64,000 bases of DNA from an uncultured Gemmatimonadaceae bacterium (GTDB taxonomy: Bacteria > Gemmatimonadota > Gemmatimonadetes > Gemmatimonadales > Gemmatimonadaceae). Shown piece after piece: positions 21,975-32,232 of the stretch. Both the position numbers and the translations under genes were made by a program. The notes below the pieces were generated by a model that ran no database searches, was not told the DNA's origin, and worked only from the letters and a program-made list of their open reading frames with translations. Location of the stretch: contig CAWFQK010000004.1 of the NCBI GenBank assembly GCA_963817955.1, forward strand, positions 672,001 through 736,000, written 5' to 3'. The first letter of the stretch is position 1, and every line of letters begins with the position of its first letter.

Positions 21975-24419
21975 ATGCTCTGTTCCGCCGTTCGCCAATT
22001 CACGCGTCTTTTTCTCGTCCTTCTGCTCCCATTCACCGCCGTCGGTGCCCAATCGGCTGACGCGAGAGGGATCCATGGCCGCGTGGTGCACGCCGTTTCG
22101 GGGGCGGCGATTGCCTCCGCCATGGTCGACGTCGCTAACGTCGCCACCGGTACTCCGGTCGGCCGCGTCACCAGCACCGCCGACGGCACCTTCCGTCTCC
22201 CTGGACTCTCGTCCGGCCAGTATCGCGTGACCATCCGCGCGCTTGGGTTCGCGCCGAAGACGCTGCCGGTCGTCGTGCTTACGGCGGTGCGTCCCTATGC
22301 CGACCTCGGCAACGTGGCCCTCGCAGAGATCCCGCTCCAGCTCCAGACGCAGGCGGTTACCGCACAGCGCGATGAAGTGCAGATCCAACCAGACCGCACG
22401 ACCTATGTCGTGCGTGACATGCCCACGACCAAGGGAGGTACGGCGCTCGACGTTCTGCGCAATCTCCCCGCCATCGACGTCGACATCGACAACAATGTCA
22501 GCCTCCGCGGCAACACTGGCGTCGTGATCCAGATCAATGGTCGACCGAGCGCGCTCAAGGCCGCGCAGCTCGGCAACTTCCTCGAACAATTGCCGGCGGA
22601 CGCGGTGGATCACGTCGAGATCATTCCGAATCCGTCGGCGCGCGACGATGCCGATGGCGTGGCGGGTATCATCAACATTGTCCTCAAGCAGAAGCCGGAT
22701 GCTGGCACGAGTGGCGCGGTCACTCTCGGGGCGGGCACGACCGGCCACCTCGACGCGGGGACGAACGGCGGGTGGCAACACGGCCCGCTCTCCGCGTACG
22801 GCAGCTACTCACTGGTGCGAGACAACAATCCGCGCTACGAGGATGTCTTCCGTCGGGAGTTGTACAACACACCGACCACCTACCTTCAAGAGAACGGTCT
22901 TCGGACGCAGATTCCGCTCGTCCACACCGTCACCGGCAACGCCACCTACCAGCCGAGTGACCGCGACGAGCTCTCGGCGGATGCGCTGTACAGTCAGCGC
23001 CGCGAGTGGGAGAAGTACGGCATCCTGTACAACACGCTCGACCCTGCATTCGCGCTTGCGGACGTCACCGACCGGCACTCCCAGGACGTCAATCACGAGG
23101 GAAGCGCCGAGGCTGCGATGAGTTACAAACACGGCTTCGCGGCGAAGGGTCACACGCTGTCCAGCGACCTTCGGTTCGAGGAGCACTTCGAGGGCGGCCC
23201 CACGGACATTTTCGACCGCGCACTCTGGCCACTGGGCGCGCTGCCTACGACCACCCTCCAGCAGACGCGCACGGTGTGGACGCACTCGAGCACCACGTCG
23301 CTCAAGCTCGACTATGTGCACCCGCTCGGCAGCGACCTGCGCTTCGAAACGGGGTACAAAGGCGATCTCGAGCGCATTCGCACGACGCAGGACGTGCAGG
23401 TCTTCGACGCCGTGCAATCGGGGATGATCACCGATCCCACACAGGCGAGCGACTTCGCTTACGACGAGTGGGTGCACGACGCCTACGGCATGTTCGTCGC
23501 GCACCGCGGCCCGGTGCAGCTCCAGGGTGGTCTGCGCGCCGAGCACGCAGCCGCGACGTTCGATCTGCGCACTCGCGGCACACGCTACGACAACCCGTAC
23601 AACAGCCTCTTTCCGAGCGGGCTCGTCTCGCTCGCGGTCGACGACGCGGATCAGATCAAGCTGTCATACTCGACGCGCATTCGCCGCCCTGACGATCCCG
23701 ATTTGCTCGACCCGACTCCGCACGCGCTCGACGCGCTGAACATCTCAGTCGGCAATCCCTATCTGCGGCCCGAGTACATCCGCGCTTTCGAGCTGGGATT
23801 TCAGCGCACCGGCGATCGCGTGACGATGCAGCTGACGCCGTTCTATAGACATTCGCTGAACGCCGTCCGCGGGATTCGCACGATCGACACCGCTGGCGTC
23901 ACGACGCGCAGCTACGCCAACATTGCCACGACCGACGCCGCCGGCACGGACGCCACGCTGTCACTCGGCGGCGGAGGGCGGGTCAGCGGATTCATTGGCG
24001 GCACCGCCTTTCAGCAGCACAGTAATGCCGGCAATCTCGACCCGACGGTGTCGGCGAGTACGTTCGGCTGGAGCATTCGAACCAACACCGCGTTTCGCGT
24101 TTCGTCGACCGTCGATGCGCAGGCGCTCGTTTCCTACGTCGGGCGAACGACGGTCGAACAGGGATGGAACGCGGCGCGTACGCGCGTCAGCTTCGGCGTG
24201 CGTGACAAGCTCCTGGCCGATCGCCTGAGCCTCACGCTGCGCGTGATCGACCCGTTCAGCACCGCGCGCGAGTGCTCGGCGACAATCGATCCGGCATTCA
24301 CGCAGATCAACAACCGCACGCGCGTCATCCGCGGCCTGCAGCTCAGCGCCACGTGGACGTTCGGCCGGCCGCGGAAGAAAGGCGAGGACCAGATCGACCT
24401 CGAGACGAGCGGACCGTAG
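21975..24419 (+). CDS. TonB-dependent receptor / outer-membrane beta-barrel
   Basis: Signal peptide, carboxypeptidase-regulatory-like domain, plug (NPSARDDADG...INIVLK), GNPYLRPE. Confidence 0.9.
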   Translation: MLCSAVRQFTRLFLVLLLPFTAVGAQSADARGIHGRVVHAVSGAAIASAMVDVANVATGTPVGRVTSTADGTFRLPGLSSGQYRVTIRALGFAPKTLPVVVLTAVRPYADLGNVALAEIPLQLQTQAVTAQRDEVQIQPDRTTYVVRDMPTTKGGTALDVLRNLPAIDVDIDNNVSLRGNTGVVIQINGRPSALKAAQLGNFLEQLPADAVDHVEIIPNPSARDDADGVAGIINIVLKQKPDAGTSGAVTLGAGTTGHLDAGTNGGWQHGPLSAYGSYSLVRDNNPRYEDVFRRELYNTPTTYLQENGLRTQIPLVHTVTGNATYQPSDRDELSADALYSQRREWEKYGILYNTLDPAFALADVTDRHSQDVNHEGSAEAAMSYKHGFAAKGHTLSSDLRFEEHFEGGPTDIFDRALWPLGALPTTTLQQTRTVWTHSSTTSLKLDYVHPLGSDLRFETGYKGDLERIRTTQDVQVFDAVQSGMITDPTQASDFAYDEWVHDAYGMFVAHRGPVQLQGGLRAEHAAATFDLRTRGTRYDNPYNSLFPSGLVSLAVDDADQIKLSYSTRIRRPDDPDLLDPTPHALDALNISVGNPYLRPEYIRAFELGFQRTGDRVTMQLTPFYRHSLNAVRGIRTIDTAGVTTRSYANIATTDAAGTDATLSLGGGGRVSGFIGGTAFQQHSNAGNLDPTVSASTFGWSIRTNTAFRVSSTVDAQALVSYVGRTTVEQGWNAARTRVSFGVRDKLLADRLSLTLRVIDPFSTARECSATIDPAFTQINNRTRVIRGLQLSATWTFGRPRKKGEDQIDLETSGP

Positions 24420-24485
24420 AGGCGGGCGCGCGAGCGTCGAAGGCTCACACTGCCTGATCCCCGTCGCCTGATCCCTCGCCTATCT

Positions 24486-24575
24486 CGGCGCCTTCAAGGT
24501 GAATCCGAGCACCTGTTGAAATGGGGGCGTTCTTCTGCGCATGAACGTGTCGATGTAATGGTGCATCAGCCTCTG
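24486..24575 (+). repeat. Patchwork copy of the 3' end of the second TonB receptor (29077-29295)
   Basis: Three colinear blocks match 29077-29103, ~29197-29218 and 29254-29295. Confidence 0.88.
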
Positions 24576-25369
24576 CGGCGACGATAGGTCGCCGCGAGCA
24601 CCCCTGCACCAATCAGGATCATGAGTGACGACAGCAATTGTCCCATGCTGAATGGCCCGACGACGAACCCGAGTTGCACGTCCGGCTGCCGCGTGAACTC
24701 GACGAGGAAGCGGATGATCCCGTAGCCGATCAGGAACGCACCGCCGAGCAGGCCGGGGCGGTACCAGCCGCGCCGCGCGCTCCAGCGTTCGAGCATGGCG
24801 AGGACGATGAACAACAGCACTCCTTCCAGCAATGCTTCATAGAGCTGTGAAGGGTGCCGCGGGATGTGGAGTGGATCCGTCGGAAAGACCATCGCCCATG
24901 GCACGTTGGTCGCGCGGCCATACAGCTCACCGTTGATGAAATTGCCCAGGCGGCCGAAGAACAGGCCGGGTGGGGCGGCGAGCGCGATCGTGTCGGCGAC
25001 CGTCCAGAACGGAAGGTGGTGTCGCCGCGCAAACAGCGCGGAGGCGATCGTCATGCCGAGCGCCGCGCCGTGGAAGGACAGTCCGCCGTGCCAGACAGCG
25101 AACGCGTCGAACGGATGCGCCGCGTAGTGCGCCGGATCGTAGATGAACACGTAGACGAGTCGCGCGCCGAGAAGCATGCCGACCACCAGGTAGGCGACCA
25201 GTGAATCGACAGCGGCCTCGCTGAACGGCACCATGCCCCGGCGTACGCGCCGCCGCGCGATCACGATGCCCACGACATAGCCGATGATGTACATCACGCC
25301 GTACCAGCGAACGGCGAACGGCCCGGCCCGGACGATGTCGGGCGGGATGCGCGGGTATGGTATGGTCAT
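24566..25369 (-). CDS. lgt: Prolipoprotein diacylglyceryl transferase
   Basis: VRWYG, GGLSFHG, GRLGNFINGELYGR, RHPSQLYE, RFLVEFTR, SMGQLLS. Confidence 0.97.
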   Translation of the reverse strand: MTIPYPRIPPDIVRAGPFAVRWYGVMYIIGYVVGIVIARRRVRRGMVPFSEAAVDSLVAYLVVGMLLGARLVYVFIYDPAHYAAHPFDAFAVWHGGLSFHGAALGMTIASALFARRHHLPFWTVADTIALAAPPGLFFGRLGNFINGELYGRATNVPWAMVFPTDPLHIPRHPSQLYEALLEGVLLFIVLAMLERWSARRGWYRPGLLGGAFLIGYGIIRFLVEFTRQPDVQLGFVVGPFSMGQLLSSLMILIGAGVLAATYRRRRG

Positions 25370-25479
25370 TGGTAGTCAGTCATCTCCGCGGTCCGCGGTG
25401 CGCCGCGCTGTACACGCATCGCGACGCGCGGCGTTTCGAGGCGATGCCGGGAGAAGGCATTAGCGATTGGAGCGCCTTC

Positions 25480-25947
25480 CTAATCCGTTCGGTTGTTTCG
25501 TTCCGGCCACTTGACGCTCGGATCGAAGATACCCGCAGTGACCGGATTCGCCATTGCTTCGCGAGTAAAGCGCCGATTCAGATAGAACGCGGCAACGGCG
25601 AGCACGACCCCAAGTGGTATGATGAAGAGCGATGCGACCTGGCCGAATGTCATCATCGTCGCATGCCCGCCCGGCAGCGTTACCAGAATGTCGGGCACGA
25701 CTCGGCCGTAGCGGTAACGGCGCCCCATTCCGGTGAGGCTGACGAGGCCGAGGAGGCTCAGGGAGAGGCCAATGTTGATGGCGGCTCGTGAAGAGCTGAT
25801 TCGCGATTTCGCGGTTGCTTGAAGAACAGCCTCGGCGGCAGTGCGTGGCCGGGCGCGGTTTTGGTCGGACGACGGACGGGTTGGATCGAATGACATGACA
25901 GATGATGGGAGCCTTCGACAGCGCTGGCAAGAGCGGACCATACCCAC
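25480..25947 (-). CDS. Hypothetical two-TM protein (start uncertain)
   Basis: Two hydrophobic segments in C-terminal half. Confidence 0.4.
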   Translation of the reverse strand: MGMVRSCQRCRRLPSSVMSFDPTRPSSDQNRARPRTAAEAVLQATAKSRISSSRAAINIGLSLSLLGLVSLTGMGRRYRYGRVVPDILVTLPGGHATMMTFGQVASLFIIPLGVVLAVAAFYLNRRFTREAMANPVTAGIFDPSVKWPERNNRTD

Positions 25948-26053
25948 ACAGCTATTGACCCATCGCGATCAGTGCAGCCGCCCAATGCGAAAACACTCTC
26001 GCCTGCCCCTTGGCCTGGTGGCTAAATGATCACGCGTTCGTCGTTCGTCAACG

Positions 26054-26140
26054 CATCAAGCGTGACGGCCGAATTGCGGTCACGGCTTCCGATCTGCGCC
26101 GGCGAGAAATCGCTCGCGCTGTGACAGAACACCGCGAGAG
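26054..26140. repeat. 87-bp dispersed two-hairpin element, copy 1 (copy 2 at 52128-52214)
   Basis: Direct sequence similarity between the two loci. Confidence 0.85.
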
Positions 26141-26200
26141 ACGCTGAAGATCGCCGTGTTGGCTCCGACGCCGAGCGCGATGAGCGTGATCACGCCCGCG
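26140..26200 (-). pseudogene. ABC permease (ADOP/MacB-like) fragment
   Basis: TLIALGVGANTAIFSV signature only. Confidence 0.65.
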
Positions 26201-26422
26201 GCGCAAGACGCGTGGAGAGCGCGATCAACCACGGGGCGGTGCACCCGGCGTGCGTGGCAGCGATCGACGTCGCGCTGGATCGCCTGCATCAGGTGCCGCG
26301 ATCCTCCCTGTCCCAGGGCGAGCGCTCCGTCGATGCTCGCGCGCGGGCTGTGGTGACGCTGCAGGATCGCGCCGCGAGGGCGTCGCAGGCGGGTGCTTGA
26401 CCGGCCGGGTAAGTTCACGGAT

Positions 26423-26779
26423 ATGTTCAGGCCGCTCCGTCGCCGTTGGCTCGTGCTCGGTATCGCTCTCCTGCAGCTCGCGCTGCCTGGAGCGCTGTCG
26501 ATCGCCGACGGAGTACTTGCGCGCGACGAAGGCGCCGGCAGCCCGGTACACGTCGAGGACCATTCGTCCTCACATTGCCATCGTGCCCACACCGAGGATT
26601 GCGCGCTGTGTCGCACGATCGGCAGCGGGGCAACGGTGCCACGGCGCCTACCGCTTCCGCTCTACCTGCGGCGCCTGGTGTACGCATGGTCTACTGTCGC
26701 GATCGCGAGCGGCCGGCCAGGCGAACGCCACCAGCCGCCCTGTCGAGCGCCGCCCGCTCTGGTCCTCGGACTCGCCTAA
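26423..26779 (+). CDS. DUF2946/CruR-like leader protein with CxxC and RAPP motifs
   Basis: Signal/TM segment, HCHRAHTEDCALC, C-terminal RAPPA; directly upstream of a TonB receptor. Confidence 0.8.
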   Translation: MFRPLRRRWLVLGIALLQLALPGALSIADGVLARDEGAGSPVHVEDHSSSHCHRAHTEDCALCRTIGSGATVPRRLPLPLYLRRLVYAWSTVAIASGRPGERHQPPCRAPPALVLGLA

Positions 26780-26893
26780 CCTCGCGCCGAAAGGCGCGGC
26801 GAGTTCGCACGCACATCCCCCATGCATCGCACGCCTCACGCTTCCGTGAGTCGCGACGGCGCATCCGCTTTGGACCAAGCACCCATACTTCCT

Positions 26894-29278
26894 ATGACCA
26901 CGCAATTCCGCCGCGTGGCGCGCTTCGCGCGCGCCACCGCGGTTGTCCTGGCGACCGCACTCGCCTGGGCGCTGGGCAATTCCACCTCCGCGCGCGCGGC
27001 CACGCTGGACCGCGCCAGACTCGCGACTGGCGACGTCAGCGGCACCGTCTCCGACAGCGCCTCGGGCCAGCCGCTCGCCGGCGTCGAGGTCACCGTTACG
27101 CAGACCGGGCGCACGATCGCCAACGCGCTATCCGACGACTTCGGCCGCTACACCGTGCACAACCTGCAGCCGGGCAACTACGATATCTCCGTGCACTTCA
27201 TCGGCTACCGGCCGTTGACGCGCGGGATCACGGTGCCGGTTGGCGGCGACGTGCCACGCACGGACTTCAAATTGGTGACCGTGGCGGTGAGCCTCACGGC
27301 CATGGAGGTTCACGCAGCCGTGCCGGTCGCGCTCGACACGCGCACGGGTGACCAGGTATTCAAGGAGAACGAATACCATGGCGCGCCCACGAACACGACA
27401 TCACAGATCCTCCAGCAATCCATGGCCGGTGCCGTGCGTGCGCCGACGGGCGAGGTGCACATCCGCGGCCAGCACGCCGAGTACACGTACTACATCGATG
27501 GCGTCCCGGTGCCTGCCGGCATCTCAGGCAGCCTCAATGAGCTGTTCGACCCGCAGGTGGTGAACCAGATCTCGTTCCAGACCGGCGGCTGGGACGCCGA
27601 GTACGGAAACAAGAACGCGGCCGTGGTGAACGTGCAGACGCGGATTCCGACCGGCGGCTTTCACGCGGACGGCTCGGGGTACGGTGGATCCTCCGGGGCC
27701 AAGGGCGGATCGCTCAACCTGAGCACGAACGAAGGCCGGCTCGGCGTATTCGTCTCCGGATCGTGGAGCGGCACCGACATGCGCCGCGAACCGATCATGT
27801 TCGACACGACGAACTTCACCCCGATCAACGTTCATAATCACGGCGAGGACGCGTTCGCGTTCGGAAAACTGCAATACTCCATCGGCACACGCGACGTCAT
27901 GAACCTGGACATCAACGTCACGCAGACCCGCTTCCAGATCCCGTTCGATACGACCGGCGGCGTCTTACAGGACGACCAGGAGCGCGACCGAAATGGCTTC
28001 GCGAATCTCGCATGGCGCCACCAGTTTGGCGATTCGACCGACGTGACCCGCGAGCGCGGTGAGTTGTTCGCGGGGGCGTTCGTGCGCTATGGGAGTCTCG
28101 ACTACTATCCGGGGCCAAGCGATCAACCGCAGTTCATCTTCTTCCCCGACACGACCCCGTATAACCTCCGCGAAGCGCGGAATTTCACGACCAGCGGGCT
28201 CAAGATCGACTACCTGTTCCGGCCGACGCACGCGCTCGAGACCAAGATCGGCGTGCTCGCGCAGGCTACGACGGGCCACGAACACTTCCAGACCACTAAT
28301 GCGCAGGGGCTAGCCGGCCCGGGATCGAACTCCGGCCTCACGGGCAGCGACGTGGGCGAGTACGCACAGATCGCCTGGACGCCAGTGGAAAAGTTCGAAC
28401 TGCGGACTGGCATGCGATACGACGCGCACACCGCACCGTTCGCCGGCACACGCACGCAGCTATCGCCCCGCGTCCGCTTCAATTTCTATCCGACACCGCA
28501 GACCTCATTCTATCTGTACTACGGCCGTCTCTTCATCCCCACCAACGTAGAAGACCTGCGCGCCATCACGAGCGTGGCGCAGGGAGGTACGACCGCCGAA
28601 CCAACCATCCCGGAGCGCGACAATTTCTACGAAGGCGGATTGATTCACCGGTTCGGGGAGGGTGGCTTGGTGGGCAAGCTCTCGGCGTACCACAAGGAGA
28701 GCACGCCCGGCATCGACGACAATACCATTCCGGGCTCGGCCATCGTCACGTCGGTCAACGTCGCGCAAATACACATCACCGGTCTCGAAGGCGTGCTCGA
28801 AGTGCGACCCAACGGGCCCTTCTCCGGCTATCTGAACGTGGCGCTCAACCACGCCTACGGACACGGGCCGATTACAGGCGGCTTCTTCCCGGCGGAAACG
28901 CCGCAGGGCAACTTCGACCTGGACCACGACCAGCGGCTCTCGATCGTCGGCAATGGCACGTGGTCGGCGAACCGCTGGTTCGTGAGCGGCACGACGATCT
29001 ACGGCTCGGGTCTGCCCAACGGACGCGACCCGTCGGAGGATCCGAGCGCGTACGGCACCGGGTTGTTCGACTGGAACGGCGCCTTCAAGGTGAATCCGAG
29101 CACGATCGTCAACGCCAGCGCTGGCTACTCGTTCATCTCGGCGCGCGGTGTGGTGCGGCCGCAACTCTACATCGAGAACCTGTTCGACAGACACTACCTG
29201 TTGAAAGGGGCGTTTTTCAACGGCGCGTCCGTGGGACGGCCGAGGAGCATTCAGCTGCGCATGAACGTGTCGATGTAA
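26894..29278 (+). CDS. TonB-dependent receptor (possibly metal uptake)
   Basis: HIRGQH, YYIDGVP, TGGWDAEYG, LDHDQR, ENLFD. Confidence 0.92.
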   Translation: MTTQFRRVARFARATAVVLATALAWALGNSTSARAATLDRARLATGDVSGTVSDSASGQPLAGVEVTVTQTGRTIANALSDDFGRYTVHNLQPGNYDISVHFIGYRPLTRGITVPVGGDVPRTDFKLVTVAVSLTAMEVHAAVPVALDTRTGDQVFKENEYHGAPTNTTSQILQQSMAGAVRAPTGEVHIRGQHAEYTYYIDGVPVPAGISGSLNELFDPQVVNQISFQTGGWDAEYGNKNAAVVNVQTRIPTGGFHADGSGYGGSSGAKGGSLNLSTNEGRLGVFVSGSWSGTDMRREPIMFDTTNFTPINVHNHGEDAFAFGKLQYSIGTRDVMNLDINVTQTRFQIPFDTTGGVLQDDQERDRNGFANLAWRHQFGDSTDVTRERGELFAGAFVRYGSLDYYPGPSDQPQFIFFPDTTPYNLREARNFTTSGLKIDYLFRPTHALETKIGVLAQATTGHEHFQTTNAQGLAGPGSNSGLTGSDVGEYAQIAWTPVEKFELRTGMRYDAHTAPFAGTRTQLSPRVRFNFYPTPQTSFYLYYGRLFIPTNVEDLRAITSVAQGGTTAEPTIPERDNFYEGGLIHRFGEGGLVGKLSAYHKESTPGIDDNTIPGSAIVTSVNVAQIHITGLEGVLEVRPNGPFSGYLNVALNHAYGHGPITGGFFPAETPQGNFDLDHDQRLSIVGNGTWSANRWFVSGTTIYGSGLPNGRDPSEDPSAYGTGLFDWNGAFKVNPSTIVNASAGYSFISARGVVRPQLYIENLFDRHYLLKGAFFNGASVGRPRSIQLRMNVSM

Positions 29279-29420
29279 TGACGCATCAGCCTCTGAGTGC
29301 GCGGTGCTCATGAGGCTGATGCTCGAGCGGCGGTTGGGGCGCGCAGGTCGGCATACGACGCCCCATACCGTCACTCACGCGGCGGTGAGACCGCGAGCCG
29401 CGCCCGAACGAGGCGGGGGA

Positions 29421-30644
29421 CTATGCCGCGTGCCGCGCCAGCAACTCCCGAAAGGCCGCGAAGATCTTCCGCATGTTCGGCGCCTTGTACGGGAACATCT
29501 CCTGCGAGTCCATGTCGTGAACGACCATGGCCGTTCCCGCTTCGAAGATGAGCAGCTCGCCGTCCCGGGTCTCCGCGCAGTCGAGGGTGATGTACTCCAG
29601 CGACCCGGTGCGCTCGTACAGCGCGGCCAGCGCTGCCGCGTGTCGCACGGCGAACACTTCGTCGAACGACGCGAAGGCTCGTGCCTCCTCGTCGCGCTTG
29701 GCGGCGTCCTGATCCATGTCCGCGTTGACGTAGTGCAGCATCCAATGCGCTGCAATCGCGACGTGACAGAGGAACGGCTTCCCCTCCACCAGTGCCACGC
29801 GATACTTGCGATAGAGCCCGTCGTGGAGCCGGTAGTCGACGAACGGCGCAAAAAAGAATGTCGTCGCTGGATGCCGGTCGAGGTACCCAGCGATCTCCGA
29901 TGGGGCGTCGAGACGTTCCAGCCCATGACCACCGTGAGAGTCCAGTGGACGCAGCAAGAACGGGAACTCGGCTGGACGCGGCAGCCCCGGCACCGCGAGG
30001 CTCCCCTGCGCCAACGCGGCGACCTCGCCGCGCTCCATGAGGACCGTGGGCGGAATGCAGACACCCGGCGCGCCCTCCAGCAACCGCCAGAGGCGGTCCC
30101 GCTCCATGGATCGGATGCCCGCCGGCGCGAGCAGTACGGGACGAGGCCAGCTCGGAATCAGCCGATCCATCTGATCGAGAAACTCGGCGTTCGCATCCGA
30201 CTCGCACATCCCCACCATCGCGAGATCGTGCTCCGGCAGGTGGTCCGGCAGCGGCTGCCCGGGCAGCAAGTAGACCACGTCCAGCGTCACGTCGGAATGC
30301 ATCAGGAGGAAGGACACGGGAACGTTCGTCGCGATGTCGCCTGGCGCGACGAACAGCAACAGCCGGAGGCCGGGGCCGCTCCCCGTCGCCGGTGTCCGGA
30401 AGACCCGCTGCCGCCCAAGCGCTTGCGCCTGACGGGCCAGGCCTTTCTCCTTCTCTAATTTCATTTCGTAGATGAGGCCGAGGTCCAGCAACGCGCCCGC
30501 GTCCGACGGGTCGGCCGCGATGCGCTCCTCCAGCTCGGCGCCGAGTGCAGTGAGATCCTCGCCGTGAAAGACGCGATGGGCGAGCTGCGCCAGGCCGAGG
30601 ACGTGCGGCGGCCACGCCGACCCGGCCGAGGCCGTCGCGGTCAT
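29421..30644 (-). CDS. ATP-grasp-like protein with N-terminal TPR-like helix
   Basis: RPLDSHGGHGL, FVDY...YRKYRV, LDCAET...LIFEA; ATG overlaps decarboxylase stop. Confidence 0.7.
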   Translation of the reverse strand: MTATASAGSAWPPHVLGLAQLAHRVFHGEDLTALGAELEERIAADPSDAGALLDLGLIYEMKLEKEKGLARQAQALGRQRVFRTPATGSGPGLRLLLFVAPGDIATNVPVSFLLMHSDVTLDVVYLLPGQPLPDHLPEHDLAMVGMCESDANAEFLDQMDRLIPSWPRPVLLAPAGIRSMERDRLWRLLEGAPGVCIPPTVLMERGEVAALAQGSLAVPGLPRPAEFPFLLRPLDSHGGHGLERLDAPSEIAGYLDRHPATTFFFAPFVDYRLHDGLYRKYRVALVEGKPFLCHVAIAAHWMLHYVNADMDQDAAKRDEEARAFASFDEVFAVRHAAALAALYERTGSLEYITLDCAETRDGELLIFEAGTAMVVHDMDSQEMFPYKAPNMRKIFAAFRELLARHAA

Positions 30645-32071
30645 GCGCGCCCGCCGAGCGCGAGCACCGCGTCGACCAGCGCGTCGACATCGCGCGCTTC
30701 GGTGCGATGATTGACGATGGCGACGCGGATGACCAGATGGCCGTCGATCTCCGTGGTGGAGGGCGCAGCAACACCCGACTCTTGCAGCTCCACGACGATG
30801 CGCGCGTTCAACCCGTCGGGGTCGTCGCCTCGGTGGCGGAAGCACACGATGTTCAACGCAACGGGCGCCATGAGCTCGAGGGTCGGCTCGGATGAAATCC
30901 GTGCCTCGAGCCGCCTCGCCAATGCGCACGTGCCGGCGATCGTCTCGCCGAGCTGATCGAGTCCATAGGTTCTGAGCGTGAACCACGTCTTGAGCGCTCG
31001 GAAGCCGCGGCTCAGGTCTACGCCAAAGTCACATGGCCAGGGGGAATTCGCGGCGAGCCCTCGCGTCTCCCGACGCATGTACGTCTCGGGCGCGGCAAAG
31101 GTGTCCTGGTGCTCCCGCGCATCCCGAACGAGCAGGAAACCCGCGTCATACGGGACCTGCGCCCACTTATGGAAGTCGAAGGCGAGCGAGTCCGCTCGCT
31201 CCATTCCCGCGACCAGCGGCGCCAGCGCGGGAGACAGCTTGGCCAGGGCGCCGAACGCGCCGTCCACATGGTACCAGAGGCCCTGGCGCTGAGCGACATT
31301 CGCCAGCCCATTCAGGTCATCGATGGCGCCGATGTCGACGCTGCCAGCCGTACCGACCACCATGAACGGGTGGAGGCCGGCGGCGCGGTCCTCGGCGAGG
31401 GCCGATTCCAGCGCGTTCAAGGGTAGTCGACCCGACGCGTCCGCAGGGATCAGCCGCAACGCCGAGCGCCCGAGTCCGGCGAGATCCATGGCCTGTGGCA
31501 CGCACCCGTGCACGGCGCTCGAGGCATACGCGACGAGCTCACCTGGCGCGGCCGTGCGCTCCATTCGCGCCAAGGTTGCATGTCGCGCAACCAGGACGGC
31601 CATGAAGTTTGCCATGGAGGAGCCGGTCACGAACAGCCCGCTGGCCGTGTCGGGAAATTCAAAGATCTCGCGCACCCAGCGGAGCATCTGCCGCTCGACC
31701 TCGATGGGCGCGTGGTCGCGTCCCCCCAGGTTCGCGTTGAGGCCGCCGGCAAGCATCTCCCCGAGCATTCCCGCGACGGTGCCACCGCCGTGCACCCACC
31801 CCATGAACGATGGATGAAGGTTGCCCGTGCTGTATGGAAGGATGTTCCGAAGAAATTCGTCGTGGACAGCCTCGAGCGCTGTTGGCTTCAGCGGGAGGGG
31901 CGCGTCGAACGCGGCTCGTACCTCGCGCGGAATCGGCCGCCAGACGGGACCTGCACGAAGACCCTCGACGTGATCCAGCATGTCGTCCAACATGCGGTGC
32001 GCCTGCTCGCGCGCCCTGGGCCAGTTCTCCGGATCAAGGCTGGTGGGGGCTGGCAACTCGGTTGGAGTCAT
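30641..32071 (-). CDS. Group II PLP-dependent decarboxylase
   Basis: HPSFMGW, GTAGSVDIGAID, HVDGAFG, DFHKW, LSRGFRALK. Confidence 0.93.
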   Translation of the reverse strand: MTPTELPAPTSLDPENWPRAREQAHRMLDDMLDHVEGLRAGPVWRPIPREVRAAFDAPLPLKPTALEAVHDEFLRNILPYSTGNLHPSFMGWVHGGGTVAGMLGEMLAGGLNANLGGRDHAPIEVERQMLRWVREIFEFPDTASGLFVTGSSMANFMAVLVARHATLARMERTAAPGELVAYASSAVHGCVPQAMDLAGLGRSALRLIPADASGRLPLNALESALAEDRAAGLHPFMVVGTAGSVDIGAIDDLNGLANVAQRQGLWYHVDGAFGALAKLSPALAPLVAGMERADSLAFDFHKWAQVPYDAGFLLVRDAREHQDTFAAPETYMRRETRGLAANSPWPCDFGVDLSRGFRALKTWFTLRTYGLDQLGETIAGTCALARRLEARISSEPTLELMAPVALNIVCFRHRGDDPDGLNARIVVELQESGVAAPSTTEIDGHLVIRVAIVNHRTEARDVDALVDAVLALGGRA

Positions 32072-32232
32072 CCCGTAGAATCAAGGGGTGCAGTCGACGT
32101 GCTCGAGTACGCGAGTGGTGGAGTGGTAGAGTGGGAGGGGCCCCGCAAATCATCGGGTGGGATAGCGGCGCAAATGAATTGTAGCAGCCCGCCGCAGGCC
32201 GCCGCAAGCGTGACGTCCAGGGTCCGATCTCG

